Source of the DNA: a virus
Taxonomy: Duplodnaviria; Heunggongvirae; Uroviricota; Caudoviricetes
DNA length: 10,575 bases
IMG/VR virus record: IMGVR_UViG_2690315994_000024
Strand: one strand, 5' to 3'
The translations under genes were made by a program, and so were the position numbers. The notes under the pieces are model-generated. The model saw only the letters and a program-made list of their open reading frames with translations. It did not search any database and was not told the origin of the DNA. Shown one piece after another: positions 1 through 7,819 of the stretch. Position 1 is the stretch's first letter. Every line of letters begins with the position of its first letter.

Positions 1-987
1 AAAGTCACCTTTACGATCGACTGGTTCAACATCAGCAGCGCGTCCCGGGTAGGGACTATCAAAATTTATAACCTCTCGGCAGATACTGTGAACCGAATTA
101 CCGGGCAGGAGTTTTCGAAAGTGCGTCTGATTGCGGGTTACGACGGTATCGCGCCGGAAGTGTCGGCAAGCGACGTCGGGACAGTGCGGGAAGTTGACGC
201 GGCGGACGTGGGCCAGAGTGATGGTCGCAACTACGGACTGATTTTCAGCGGTGAAATTCGCTACTCGGTTACAGGAAAAGACAGTCCGGTTGATTCCTAC
301 GTCCTGATTCAGGCAGCAGATACTGATCTGGCTTTTGCCACCAGTATAACCTCACAGACGCTGGCTGCCGGTTACACGGTCGCTGATGTAAACCGTGCGC
401 TGATGAAAGACTTCGAAGCCAAAGGCGCGACCGAAGGCCTGACGCCTGAAATGCCTGCTACTGTATTCCCCCGGGGGCGGGTACTCTTTGGCATGACGCG
501 GCATCTAATGGATAACGTAGCCGGGCAATGTGGCGCAACATGGCAATTCGTGGATGGTCAGCGCCAGATGGTGGCGAATAACGAATATGTTCATGAAGCG
601 ATTGTGCTCAACAGCGCTACCGGGCTTATTGGCATGCCGCAGCAGACTATCGGTAACGGCGTAAACGTCCGCGCGCTTATTAATCCGAACATCCGGGTTA
701 ACGGACTTATTCAGCTGGATCAGGCTTCCGTGTATCGTACCGCCTTGTCGAACAACGATATTGCGATGGCTGGTGGTCAGATCACCGACCAGAACACGGA
801 TGGAAATATCACGCTAAGCGGCACCACATCGCAGCCTGCCAGCATCGCAACGGATGGCGTTTATATTGTGCGCGGGATTATGTACACTGGCGACACAAGG
901 GGCCAGGCGTGGTACATGGATATGATGTGCGAAGCGCGCGGTGCGCAGGATATGCCATCCAGCACTGCTTTGCAGAGAGGATTATAG
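1..987 (+). CDS. Phage tail/baseplate structural protein, 5'-truncated by the window edge (hub-like by position upstream of the spike gene)
   Basis: Frame 1 is open from nt 1 with no stop until TAG 985-987, so the gene starts upstream of the window (the track's GTG at 88 is internal). It heads a chain of tightly coupled tail genes. Product is assigned from synteny only; I recognise no motif. Confidence 0.5.
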   Translation, partial: KVTFTIDWFNISSASRVGTIKIYNLSADTVNRITGQEFSKVRLIAGYDGIAPEVSASDVGTVREVDAADVGQSDGRNYGLIFSGEIRYSVTGKDSPVDSYVLIQAADTDLAFATSITSQTLAAGYTVADVNRALMKDFEAKGATEGLTPEMPATVFPRGRVLFGMTRHLMDNVAGQCGATWQFVDGQRQMVANNEYVHEAIVLNSATGLIGMPQQTIGNGVNVRALINPNIRVNGLIQLDQASVYRTALSNNDIAMAGGQITDQNTDGNITLSGTTSQPASIATDGVYIVRGIMYTGDTRGQAWYMDMMCEARGAQDMPSSTALQRGL

Positions 988-989
988 AA

Positions 990-1337
990 ATGAAACGATG
1001 GATATTTTCATTGCTGGCGTTAGTGTCTGTTGGTGTAAGTGCAAACACCATAACGATGCAATGCGGCAACTTTCGTATGGATGCGATCCCTGACTCATTA
1101 TTTAAAATCAATGGCGAAACAGTAACATCCCAAAAAGTAAAAATGTTGGGTAAAGACGGTACAGGCATGCAGATCAAAATGGAGCTGATGCCTGCCAAAG
1201 ATGGCAACAATTATGGGTTCGAGTATATCCATCGACCGGGCACTAAAACGCGTTTCCTGAACGTCCAGTTGTTGCAGAACAGCATGGATGCTCCGAAAAT
1301 TATTGGCTCTTTCCCGTGTAAGAAAGTTGTTGGTTGA
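990..1337 (+). CDS. Small secreted protein of unknown function (predicted Sec signal peptide; two Cys in mature part)
   Basis: ATG 990 lies 9 nt after GAGAGG (974-980) and 2 nt after the upstream stop. N-terminus MKRWIFSLLALVSVGVSA has a basic n-region, hydrophobic core and VSA cleavage motif. The track's longer ORF from 909 overlaps the upstream gene and is unlikely to be the real start. Confidence 0.6.
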   Translation: MKRWIFSLLALVSVGVSANTITMQCGNFRMDAIPDSLFKINGETVTSQKVKMLGKDGTGMQIKMELMPAKDGNNYGFEYIHRPGTKTRFLNVQLLQNSMDAPKIIGSFPCKKVVG

Positions 1338-1344
1338 TTAAGAA

Positions 1345-1899
1345 ATGAGCAAGCGTTCGCCAATAGATACAACAGAAGAACAAAAGGCAATTGAGACTAT
1401 AGGCGCTGATTTTATTTCGTCATATTATAAAGATAGATATGAGGAAGCAAAATCAACATATCGTCGTCTTGAGGACAAAGTTAACTACCTTCTTGCTATT
1501 TTAGCTGTAGAAACCTCTGCTCTACTGGCTGTATTTGGGACTGTTGATTTCAAAAGTGGGCTAAAGAGTAATTGGTTTTTAACATTATCTATACTTTGTG
1601 CATATCTGTGCTTTGTTTGTATTGTTATGTGCTTTTTTTTCCTATGGCGTACTTGGGGACTGAAAGATATACCAAAAATGCCTATTCATAAGCGAAAAGA
1701 AGAGCATGATTTTTTACTTTACGGTGATAAAATTAAAACGCTTAGATACCATATGTTTCAGTATGGTAAAGCTGTTGAATTGATCGAAAGTCTTCATAAA
1801 GAAAAGGCAGTTTATGCTCGTTATCTTTTTGAAGGAATTGCGTTATCTTTCGGTTTTTTCATATTATCGGTTACTTTTCTTTTGATAAATAAGGCATAG
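1345..1899 (+). CDS. Predicted integral membrane protein (about 3 hydrophobic helices), unknown function; AT-rich cargo gene
   Basis: ATG 1345 follows the stop of the previous gene (TGA 1335-1337). Hydrophobic stretches LLAILAVETSALLAVFG, WFLTLSILCAYLCFVCIVMCFFFLW and IALSFGFFILSVTFLLI. Composition is visibly more AT-rich than the flanking tail genes. Confidence 0.6.
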   Translation: MSKRSPIDTTEEQKAIETIGADFISSYYKDRYEEAKSTYRRLEDKVNYLLAILAVETSALLAVFGTVDFKSGLKSNWFLTLSILCAYLCFVCIVMCFFFLWRTWGLKDIPKMPIHKRKEEHDFLLYGDKIKTLRYHMFQYGKAVELIESLHKEKAVYARYLFEGIALSFGFFILSVTFLLINKA

Positions 1900-1902
1900 T
1901 TG

Positions 1903-2073
1903 ATGACAACATCAAATAATGACAACTCACAGCAAAGTAAGCCAACGCAAGCAGAGCAATCCATGGCTGATTATGAAAGCAGTATAATGCTTGAAGTACC
2001 TTTTGATGGATTGGATTACATGACAGAAAGCGTTAAAGAACCTGAGTTGGACAATTTTAAACAGAAAAAATAA
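1903..2073 (+). CDS. Hypothetical small acidic protein (56 aa)
   Basis: ATG 1903 sits 4 nt after the stop of the membrane-protein gene and runs to TAA 2071-2073 (MTTSNNDNSQQSKPTQAEQSMADYESSIMLEVPFDGLDYMTESVKEPELDNFKQKK). It is followed directly by a terminator. Short ORF absent from the track, so low confidence. Confidence 0.3.
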   Translation: MTTSNNDNSQQSKPTQAEQSMADYESSIMLEVPFDGLDYMTESVKEPELDNFKQKK

Positions 2074-2092
2074 ACTTAGAGTTGTTCCTGTA

Positions 2093-2120
2093 GACCCGCC
2101 ACTTGGCGGGTTTTTTGTTT
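2093..2120 (+). terminator. Rho-independent terminator (GC stem CCCGCC/GGCGGG, loop ACTT, then TTTTTTGTTTT)
   Basis: Perfect 6-bp GC stem at 2095-2100 / 2105-2110 with a 4-nt loop, followed by a T-run at 2111-2120. It lies between the cargo ORFs and the spike gene. Confidence 0.65.
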
Positions 2121-2135
2121 TCAGGAGTTTATCAA

Positions 2136-2888
2136 ATGGCCATATCAGACCAGACTCGTAGCGGTGACCTTGCCGAAACATTCAAGTCCGAGCGGGAAAC
2201 AACAAAGAACCAGATCCGCGTCGCCTTGCCTGGCATTATTCAGTCATTCGATCCTGACGCGGTGACGGCGGTTGTGCAGCCAGCTATCCGTTCGGTTGAA
2301 AAGGATAACTACGGTAACCGCATTACCAAAAATTACCCATTGCTGGTGGATGTGCCAGTGGTATTCCCGCGCGGCGGAGGCTGTACGTTGACTTTTCCGG
2401 TAAAAGCCGGGGATGAGTGTCTTGTCGTTTTTGCCGATCGTTGTATTGATTTCTGGTGGCAGAACGGCGGGATACAGGAGCCTGTTGATGACAGAATGCA
2501 TGATTTATCGGATGCGTTTTGTATTGTCGGTCCCCAGTCGCAGGCGAGGAAGATTAGCGGTATTAATACCAGTGCCACACAGTTGCGTAGTGACGACGGC
2601 AGCACCTATTTTGAGCTTAATCCTGATACCAGGAAAATTAAAATTGTCGCTCCGGGTGGTCTTGATGTGGTTGCCCCTCTGGCTGATTTTTCTGAGAAAG
2701 TAACCATTCATGGCCTGTTAACCTGGATGGGTGGCATGGTGGGGTCTGTGGTTTCTGGTGTGGCTTCAAAAATCACTGGTGCTGTTGAGTTTTTGGGTAG
2801 CGTGAAGGCTAACGGCAAGCCAATCGATGATACGCACACTCATGGTGGTGTTCAGCGCGGTGGAAGCAATACCGACGGAGTAAACTGA
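2136..2888 (+). CDS. Baseplate spike / baseplate assembly protein V-like (P2 gpV / Mu gp45 family)
   Basis: ATG 2136 is preceded by AGGAG (2123-2127). The track's start at 2103 is TTG inside the terminator hairpin. C-terminal THTHGG...GGSNTDG resembles the His-rich apex motif I recall from P2 gpV. Position immediately upstream of W/J/I-like genes fits. Confidence 0.8.
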   Translation: MAISDQTRSGDLAETFKSERETTKNQIRVALPGIIQSFDPDAVTAVVQPAIRSVEKDNYGNRITKNYPLLVDVPVVFPRGGGCTLTFPVKAGDECLVVFADRCIDFWWQNGGIQEPVDDRMHDLSDAFCIVGPQSQARKISGINTSATQLRSDDGSTYFELNPDTRKIKIVAPGGLDVVAPLADFSEKVTIHGLLTWMGGMVGSVVSGVASKITGAVEFLGSVKANGKPIDDTHTHGGVQRGGSNTDGVN

Positions 2889-3241
2889 TGCGATACAGAC
2901 GTGAAGACGCCGATGGCGATTACACCTTTGGCAGCGGTGATGACACCTGGCTGATTAACTCACCGGAGGCCGTGGCGCAGGCGGTAAAAACGCGATTCGA
3001 ATTGTGGTATGGCCAATGGTTTCTCGACACCACCGAGGGGACTCCGTGGATCCAGTCCGTACTCGGTAAGCAGAAGCCGGAAACCTACAACCTGGCGATC
3101 CGTAAGCGCATCCTCGAAACGCAGGGCGTTAAATCAATCCTCTCTTTCAATACGACGGTGGATACCACGACCCGACGTGTCATGTTTTCCGCTGAAATCG
3201 ACACTCTTTATGGAATAACGACTGTTACATCGGAGGCGTAA
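2888..3241 (+). CDS. Small baseplate protein, gpW / Mu gp46-like by position
   Basis: Start overlaps the upstream stop (TGATG at 2886-2890). 117 aa, sitting between the V-like and J-like genes as in P2 (V-W-J-I-H-G). Assignment is by size and synteny only. Confidence 0.55.
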   Translation: MRYRREDADGDYTFGSGDDTWLINSPEAVAQAVKTRFELWYGQWFLDTTEGTPWIQSVLGKQKPETYNLAIRKRILETQGVKSILSFNTTVDTTTRRVMFSAEIDTLYGITTVTSEA

Positions 3242-4440
3242 TGGCTCTGAACCTTGATTCTCTCGGTTTATCTGCAAAGGTAACCGCGGAGGGGATCAGT
3301 GCGCCTGATTATCAGACGATACTCAGCACCCTGATTAGCTATTTTCAGCAGATTTATGGCAGTGATGCCTACCTCGAACCGGACAGCAAAGACGGCCAGA
3401 TGGTGGCTCTGATGGCGCTGGCGATTCATGATGCCAATAATATGGCGATAACTGTTTACAACTGTTTTTCACCGGCAACCGGCTATGGGGTTGCACTGAC
3501 CAGTAACGTGAAAATAAATGGTATTTCACGTAAAGGCGCGACGAACTCTACGGTTGATTTGCTTCTTACAGGAACTGCCGGAACAACCATCATTAATGGC
3601 AGCGTGAAAGACAGTAATAATGTGATATGGCGTTTGCCTGCTTCAGTGGTGGTCGGCGTGGATGGTACAGTGATGGTGACCGCAATATGTTCCGTCAGTG
3701 GTGCAGTGGCGGCGCTGGCTGGAACTATCACTGAAATTAATACACCAACCCGTGGCTGGGTTTCGGTAACCAATCCTGCTGCAGCCACTGTGGGCACTCC
3801 GGCAGAAACTGATGCGGAGTTACGTATCCGTCAGTCGCAAAGTGTTGCGTTGCCATCAATAACCCCATTTGAAGCACTGGATGGTGCTGTTTCTAATGTT
3901 GCCGGTGTAACCCGCCACAAACTCTATGAAAACGATACTGGTTCGGAGGACGGTAACGGGTTACCGCCACACTCTGTTGCTGTAATTGTGGATGGCGGTG
4001 ATGTGACGGATATTGCTCAGGCTATCAGAGGGAATAAAGGCCAGGGGACATCCACTCACGGTACAACATCCGTTACGGTTCCGGATAAATACGGCAATCC
4101 CCATGTAATCAAATTCTCGCGCTCTAGTGATGTGCCTGTTTATGCCCGGATTAAATTAAAAGTTTTTACGGGTTATACCTCACAGATAGGGCAGCAGATC
4201 CAGCAGGCTATTTCCGACTATATCAATAGTCTGATGATTGGTGATTCGGTCCTTTTAAGTCGCATTTACTCACCGGCGAATCTTGGCGTGGTGAGTGGCG
4301 GGAATGCACGCTATTACGATATTCAGGAACTGACGATTGGGAAATCCCCGGGGGCTTTGTCGTCATCAAACATTGATATCAGATACAACGAATCTGCGTC
4401 CTGTACACCGGAAAATATCGTTATAACGGTGGAGTCATGA
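3241..4440 (+). CDS. Baseplate J-like protein (P2 gpJ / Mu gp47 family)
   Basis: Start overlaps the upstream stop (TAATG at 3239-3243) with GGAGG at 3233-3237. 399 aa in the expected position between W-like and I-like genes. Confidence 0.75.
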   Translation: MALNLDSLGLSAKVTAEGISAPDYQTILSTLISYFQQIYGSDAYLEPDSKDGQMVALMALAIHDANNMAITVYNCFSPATGYGVALTSNVKINGISRKGATNSTVDLLLTGTAGTTIINGSVKDSNNVIWRLPASVVVGVDGTVMVTAICSVSGAVAALAGTITEINTPTRGWVSVTNPAAATVGTPAETDAELRIRQSQSVALPSITPFEALDGAVSNVAGVTRHKLYENDTGSEDGNGLPPHSVAVIVDGGDVTDIAQAIRGNKGQGTSTHGTTSVTVPDKYGNPHVIKFSRSSDVPVYARIKLKVFTGYTSQIGQQIQQAISDYINSLMIGDSVLLSRIYSPANLGVVSGGNARYYDIQELTIGKSPGALSSSNIDIRYNESASCTPENIVITVES

Positions 4441-5117
4441 GCAAATATACCGAACTAATCACGAACTACCACGCCACCAAACCTAAATTTCTTGCACATG
4501 TTGATCTGATGACCCGGCCGCTTATTGATGTTGCGGCGGCCACCAGAGGGCTGATTACTGCATTTGATATTGACTCTGCGGTTGGTGTGCAACTTGACAT
4601 TCTGGGATTGTGGATCGGACGTAGCCGTGTTGTCAGCCAGCCTATCTCAGGTGTCTATTTCAGCTGGGATACCGACGGGCTTGGATATGATCAGGGTGTA
4701 TGGCAGGGGCCATACGATCCTGATTCCGGATACATGTACCTCAGCGATGAAACTTATCGTGTCATCCTTAAAGCGAAGATTGCGATTAATAACTGGGACG
4801 GACGGAATGATTCGCTTCCAGCAATTCTTGACACTGCAACAGCAGGATCCGGGCTGCGAATGCAGATAGTCGATAACCAGGACATGACGATATCGGTCTG
4901 GGTCTTTCCTGATACTGATATTTCAGATGTATCGCGTGAGTTAATTGCGGCAATTAAACAGGGGTATCTAACAGTAAAAGCCGCCGGGGTATGGGCGGGG
5001 GGTATTGAAACACCTTCGGTGGAAACTCCATCGGAAGGCTCTAAATTTTTTGGTTTTGATATGGATAACGAATTCATCAGTGGTTTTGATGTAGGGGCAT
5101 GGGGAGTATTACTCTGA
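4437..5117 (+). CDS. Tail protein I-like (P2 gpI / Mu gp48 / e14 YmfQ-type, DUF2313-like)
   Basis: ATGA overlap with the upstream gene at 4437-4440. 226 aa, immediately upstream of the tail-fibre gene as in P2/Mu/e14. Confidence 0.65.
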   Translation: MSKYTELITNYHATKPKFLAHVDLMTRPLIDVAAATRGLITAFDIDSAVGVQLDILGLWIGRSRVVSQPISGVYFSWDTDGLGYDQGVWQGPYDPDSGYMYLSDETYRVILKAKIAINNWDGRNDSLPAILDTATAGSGLRMQIVDNQDMTISVWVFPDTDISDVSRELIAAIKQGYLTVKAAGVWAGGIETPSVETPSEGSKFFGFDMDNEFISGFDVGAWGVLL

Positions 5118-5962
5118 TGGCGAAAAATGACTTTAAAGCGTTTGCAACTGATCGAAATGCCAATGTTATGTCGCAGGAGGAATGGGAAGCGTTGCCTGCG
5201 CTTATATCCGGATTTACAGCAGGGAAAGCATCCAGTGCGCAAGTCAATAAGGTTATTCGGCAGGCCAGCTTTATTGCTGCAGCTCTGGCCCAGTTTGTAA
5301 GTGATAAAACGCAACGGGATGTGCTTGATAATGGTGATCTGCCCGGTTTTGTTGAATTGCTGGGATCGGGGTTTGCTGTTGAATACCTGAGCCGCAAGAA
5401 TCCGTTTGGTGATATCAAATCGGATGGCACGGTGAAAACGGCTCTCGAAAACCTTGGTTTGGGAGAAGGTTCGGCATTACCCGTTGGGGTGCCTGTTCCG
5501 TGGCCTTCAGCCACTCCGCCAACAGGCTGGCTGAAATGCAATGGTGCGGCTTTTTCTGCTGAAGAATACCCGGAACTGGCAAAGGCTTACCCGACTAATA
5601 AATTGCCTGATTTACGCGGTGAATTTATTCGTGGCTGGGATGACGGTCGCGGGATTGATTCTGGTCGTACTTTGCTTAATTGGCAGCCACACACAATTTT
5701 GGACCATGCACACTATATGGAATTATGGACAGGGGACGGACTCGCCGCAGGAAGTGCACGGGAAGGAGTAAATCCAGGAATACTGGCTACATACGGTGAC
5801 GGGGGAATAGTTAAAACAGACGAACCCGGTCTTAGGGTGCCTTCCTCACTACGAGCTATTAGCTCCCGTAGTGTAAAACGTTTTGGTGAAATTAGTGGAA
5901 AGGTAGGTACAGAAACTCGTCCTCGTAACATCGCTTTTAATTATATTGTGAGGGCCGCATGA
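5117..5962 (+). CDS. Tail fibre protein: constant N-terminal part (Sc) fused at crossover site A to variable C-terminal domain Sv1
   Basis: ATG 5117 overlaps the upstream stop (TGATG) with GGGGAG 10 nt upstream, and is preferred over the track's ATG 5099. C-terminal part has a tail-collar-like motif ([21 protein letters not shown]...[17 protein letters not shown]). Crossover site lies in-frame at codons LGLGE. Confidence 0.85.
   Translation: MAKNDFKAFATDRNANVMSQEEWEALPALISGFTAGKASSAQVNKVIRQASFIAAALAQFVSDKTQRDVLDNGDLPGFVELLGSGFAVEYLSRKNPFGDIKSDGTVKTALENLGLGEGSALPVGVPVPWPSATPPTGWLKCNGAAFSAEEYPELAKAYPTNKLPDLRGEFIRGWDDGRGIDSGRTLLNWQPHTILDHAHYMELWTGDGLAAGSAREGVNPGILATYGDGGIVKTDEPGLRVPSSLRAISSRSVKRFGEISGKVGTETRPRNIAFNYIVRAA
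5442..5467 (+). other. Invertase crossover site A (hix/gix-like, 12-2-12): CTCTCGAAAACC TT GGTTTGGGAGAA
   Basis: Two imperfectly inverted 12-bp half-sites flank a 2-bp TT core. It resembles hixL (TTCTTGAAAACC AA GGTTTTTGATAA) as I recall it. It sits exactly at the Sc/Sv boundary of the tail-fibre gene, where sequence identity with the inverted Sv1 copy begins. Confidence 0.75.
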
Positions 5963-6052
5963 TGAATAAAGTTATCTTAAATAACGAACTCATTGCCATA
6001 AAAGCGGGAGACATTATCATTTATAATTATGATGGTGAAACGCGGGAATATA
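5454..6052 (+). repeat. Inverted repeat P, left copy (Sv1 variable domain plus first 31 codons of tfa1); reverse complement of 8303-8901
   Basis: Translations are identical in several frames on both strands (e.g. track ORFs 5541-5771 and 8584-8814; 5713-5931 and 8424-8642). Nucleotides were spot-checked at 5941-5970 against 8381-8410. Coordinates sum to 14355. Confidence 0.85.
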
Positions 6053-6066
6053 GACTCAATAATTAA
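5959..6066 (+). pseudogene. Truncated tail fibre assembly gene tfa1' (first 31 codons intact, then 4 foreign codons and stop)
   Basis: ATGA overlap with the tail-fibre stop at 5959-5962. [31 protein letters not shown] is identical to the N-terminus of the full-length 201-aa tfa1 on the minus strand (7791-8396), then diverges at 6052/6053 into RLNN-stop. Confidence 0.7.
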
Positions 6067-6343
6067 CATATACACATATTCACGCTCATTAATACAATCA
6101 TTTAAAGGAAACAACAAACTCATTGAGGATTATGAAAAAATCCTTATTGGCATGGCAGACAATAACAAAGATAAAACCATGTATAAGAGATTACATGATG
6201 CAAAAATAAATGTAATGGTAGATTATGCTCAAGGGATAAAAAATATTGATGCAGAGCTAAGAGATGCAGTCAATAAGGGATTCGACATTATCGACCAAGA
6301 AGTAAAGTCACTACAAATGAAATTAAACAAATTAGCTTCATAG
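6053..6343 (+). pseudogene. C-terminal fragment (about 97 codons) of the downstream cargo gene X, lacking its N-terminal half
   Basis: From DSIINIYTYSRSL... to the stop it is identical to the C-terminal part of the 215-aa ORF at 9603-10250 (-). The first 8 codons of the track ORF 6029-6343 are junction read-through. Confidence 0.7.
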
Positions 6344-6390
6344 AATGCTCCACTCCCTGTTCAATATTTTTACAAGCTTATCAGCCAACC

Positions 6391-6419
6391 GCAGCACGTT
6401 CTTGCATACGACGTGCTAC
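6391..6419. terminator. Hairpin between convergent X' and invertase copy 1 (possible bidirectional terminator)
   Basis: Stem AGCACGT (6393-6399) pairs with ACGTGCT (6411-6417) around an 11-nt loop. There is no clean T-run, so function is uncertain. Confidence 0.25.
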
Positions 6420-6423
6420 GGTT

Positions 6424-6978
6424 TCATTTATCTCCGACCGGAAACTTCTTATACAGTGTCGATATACCAACATCATAGATGATCGCCACCTTCTGGCGAG
6501 GAACGCCTGATGCAATTAATCGTCCGGCCTGCTCCCATTGTTCTGGTGTAAGTTTGGGGCGACGTCCACCAATTCGTCCCTGTGCGCGAGCTGCTTCCAG
6601 TCCAGCTTTTGTTCGTTCAACAATCAGTTCACGCTCCATTTCAGCCAGGGCACCCATCACATGAAAGAAAAAGCGCCCCATTGGGGTACTGGTATCAATT
6701 GAATCCGTCAGACTACGAAAGTTGATGCCTCGTTCGCGCAACTCCTCCACCAGCACGACAAGATGCCGCATACTGCGCCCCAGTCGGTCCAGTTTCCAGA
6801 CCACCAGCGTGTCACCTGCCGATAATGTCCTGAGCAGCTTTTTCAGTCCTGGTCTGTCGGACTTTGTACCGCTTATCTTGTCTTCAAAAATCAGCTCACA
6901 TCCTGCACAGTTCAGCGCATTACGTTGTAGATCGGTATTCTGGTCATTTGTTGATACACGTACATAGCCAATAAGCAT
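6424..6978 (-). CDS. pin: Site-specific DNA invertase, serine recombinase of the Hin/Gin/Pin/Cin family (copy 1)
   Basis: N-terminus MLIGYVRVSTNDQNTDLQRNAL contains the catalytic Ser in the YVRVSTNDQ motif; core VVWKLDRLGRS and SLTDSIDTSTPMGRFFFHVMGALAEMERELIVERT; C-terminal HTH (IYDVGISTLYKK). 184 aa from the conserved MLIGY start; the track's upstream ATG 7014 adds 12 non-conserved codons. Closest recalled relative is e14 Pin. Confidence 0.9.
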   Translation of the reverse strand: MLIGYVRVSTNDQNTDLQRNALNCAGCELIFEDKISGTKSDRPGLKKLLRTLSAGDTLVVWKLDRLGRSMRHLVVLVEELRERGINFRSLTDSIDTSTPMGRFFFHVMGALAEMERELIVERTKAGLEAARAQGRIGGRRPKLTPEQWEQAGRLIASGVPRQKVAIIYDVGISTLYKKFPVGDK

Positions 6979-7032
6979 GTTAAATTCCCCTGGTAAAAGC
7001 AGGAATGATGCCATTTGCTTGTTATTTCTTCA

Positions 7033-7058
7033 TTTTCATAAACGTTGGTTTGGGAGAA
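7033..7058 (+). other. Invertase crossover site B: TTTTCATAAACG TT GGTTTGGGAGAA
   Basis: Shares core and right half-site with site A and is the exact reverse complement of site C. It lies 20 bp upstream of the invertase copy 1 start, at the in-frame start of the Sv2 cassette. Confidence 0.75.
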
Positions 7059-7379
7059 GCGGCAAAACGGAATGTGGGAACTGGGGAAAATCAGATACCT
7101 GATATGTCATCATATGCATCAGGTTCAGGCTGGCGAAAAATGCCAGATGGTTCAATTGAACAGTGGGGACGAATTAGTTTTCCTAGTGAACACGGGCCTG
7201 TATCCGCCAATGTTTCATTCCCGATTCCATTTACACAGACACCGGGCATTGTAATTGTGTGCGATGGTGGTTTCGGGGGGGGGAATATGTGGGGGGCGAC
7301 CAACTGGAGCACTACCGGCTTCATAGCTCACTGCAATTATGGTCTTGAAGGTGGTGCGTTTTTCGCTAAGGGCTGGTAA
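7059..7379 (+). CDS. Silent tail-fibre variable cassette Sv2 (alternative C-terminal domain, about 107 codons), not fused to Sc in this isomer
   Basis: Reading frame continues in-frame from the GLGE codons of site B to TAA 7377-7379. Upstream codons [14 protein letters not shown] are antisense read-through of the invertase 5' region, not a real start. Contains a G9 tract at 7275-7283. Confidence 0.65.
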   Translation, partial: AAKRNVGTGENQIPDMSSYASGSGWRKMPDGSIEQWGRISFPSEHGPVSANVSFPIPFTQTPGIVIVCDGGFGGGNMWGATNWSTTGFIAHCNYGLEGGAFFAKGW

Positions 7380-7819
7380 TGATGAAATATCTGTACGTAA
7401 ACAACCTGGCATATCCTTACGAACTTAAGTCTCTTTATGTTGAAAAAGGTGAGTGGCCTGAAGAAAAAGGTGTTGATATAGACGAAGTAATTTTCAGGGA
7501 ATATTTCTATGATACACCACCAGAAGGAAAATACAGATGTGTCGGAGAAGATGGACTGCCTGCATGGGTAGATATTCCTCCACCAACACGTGAAGAACAA
7601 ATTGCATCAGCCGAAACTAAAAAGCAGCAATTGATTAATCAGGCCAACGAATACATCAACAAACAATGGCCAGGTAAAGCATCAATTGGTCGTCTGAAAG
7701 GTGAGGAACTGGTGCAATATAATTTGTGGCTGGATTATCTGGACGCACTGGAGCTGATCGATACTTCCGGTGCGCCAGATATTGAATGGCCTACGCCTCC
7801 GGCAGTTCAGGCCAGATGA
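7379..7819 (+). CDS. Tail fibre assembly protein (Tfa) for the Sv2 cassette
   Basis: TAATG overlap with the Sv2 stop. C-terminus ...YNLWLDYLDALELIDTSGAPDIEWPTPP parallels the C-terminus of tfa1 (...LNAVLDYIDAVTATDTSTAPDVIWPELP). 3' end overlaps the convergent tfa1 by 29 bp, as in Mu U/U'. Confidence 0.75.
   Translation: MMKYLYVNNLAYPYELKSLYVEKGEWPEEKGVDIDEVIFREYFYDTPPEGKYRCVGEDGLPAWVDIPPPTREEQIASAETKKQQLINQANEYINKQWPGKASIGRLKGEELVQYNLWLDYLDALELIDTSGAPDIEWPTPPAVQAR

Larger units (their letters stand above)
6053..7058 (+). repeat. Inverted repeat Q, left copy (X fragment, invertase gene, crossover site); reverse complement of 8888-9893
   Basis: The 196-codon ORFs 6424-7014 (-) and 8932-9522 (+) are identical, as are shadow ORFs in other frames (6479-6664 and 9282-9467; 6722-6967 and 8979-9224). 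Nucleotides were spot-checked at 6424-6450 against 9496-9522. Coordinates sum to 15946. Confidence 0.85.

Noticed and set aside
465-477. Palindrome CCCCCGGGGG
   Set aside because: A short GC palindrome inside a coding region (encodes Pro-Arg-Gly); no flanking features suggest a regulatory or recombination role.
2103-2135. Longer start for the spike gene (track ORF from 2103)
   Set aside because: 2103 is TTG and lies inside the terminator hairpin; ATG 2136 with AGGAG upstream is the better start.
5099-5116. Upstream ATG 5099 as the tail-fibre start
   Set aside because: It has no properly spaced Shine-Dalgarno sequence and overlaps the preceding gene by 19 nt, whereas ATG 5117 has GGGGAG at -10 and classic TGATG coupling.
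878-5541. Track ORFs lying antisense or out of frame inside the tail genes (878-1210, 1927-2181, 2244-2501, 2333-2605, 2413-2703, 2505-2711, 3009-3218, 3335-3529, 3483-3797, 4564-4869, 4754-5314, 5077-5541)
   Set aside because: Each is fully embedded in a longer, syntenic, translationally coupled gene on the other strand or frame, and none has its own ribosome-binding context. Treated as shadow ORFs.
7005-7058. Apparent N-terminus [18 protein letters not shown] heading the ORFs 7005-7379 (+) and 8393-8941 (-)
   Set aside because: These codons are antisense to the invertase start region and crossover site. They are the usual open read-through of a silent variable cassette, not a translation start.
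7045-7600. Track ORFs 7045-7254, 7091-7324, 7215-7412 and 7337-7600 inside the Sv2/tfa2 region
   Set aside because: Out-of-frame or antisense overlaps with the cassette and tfa2; no independent support.
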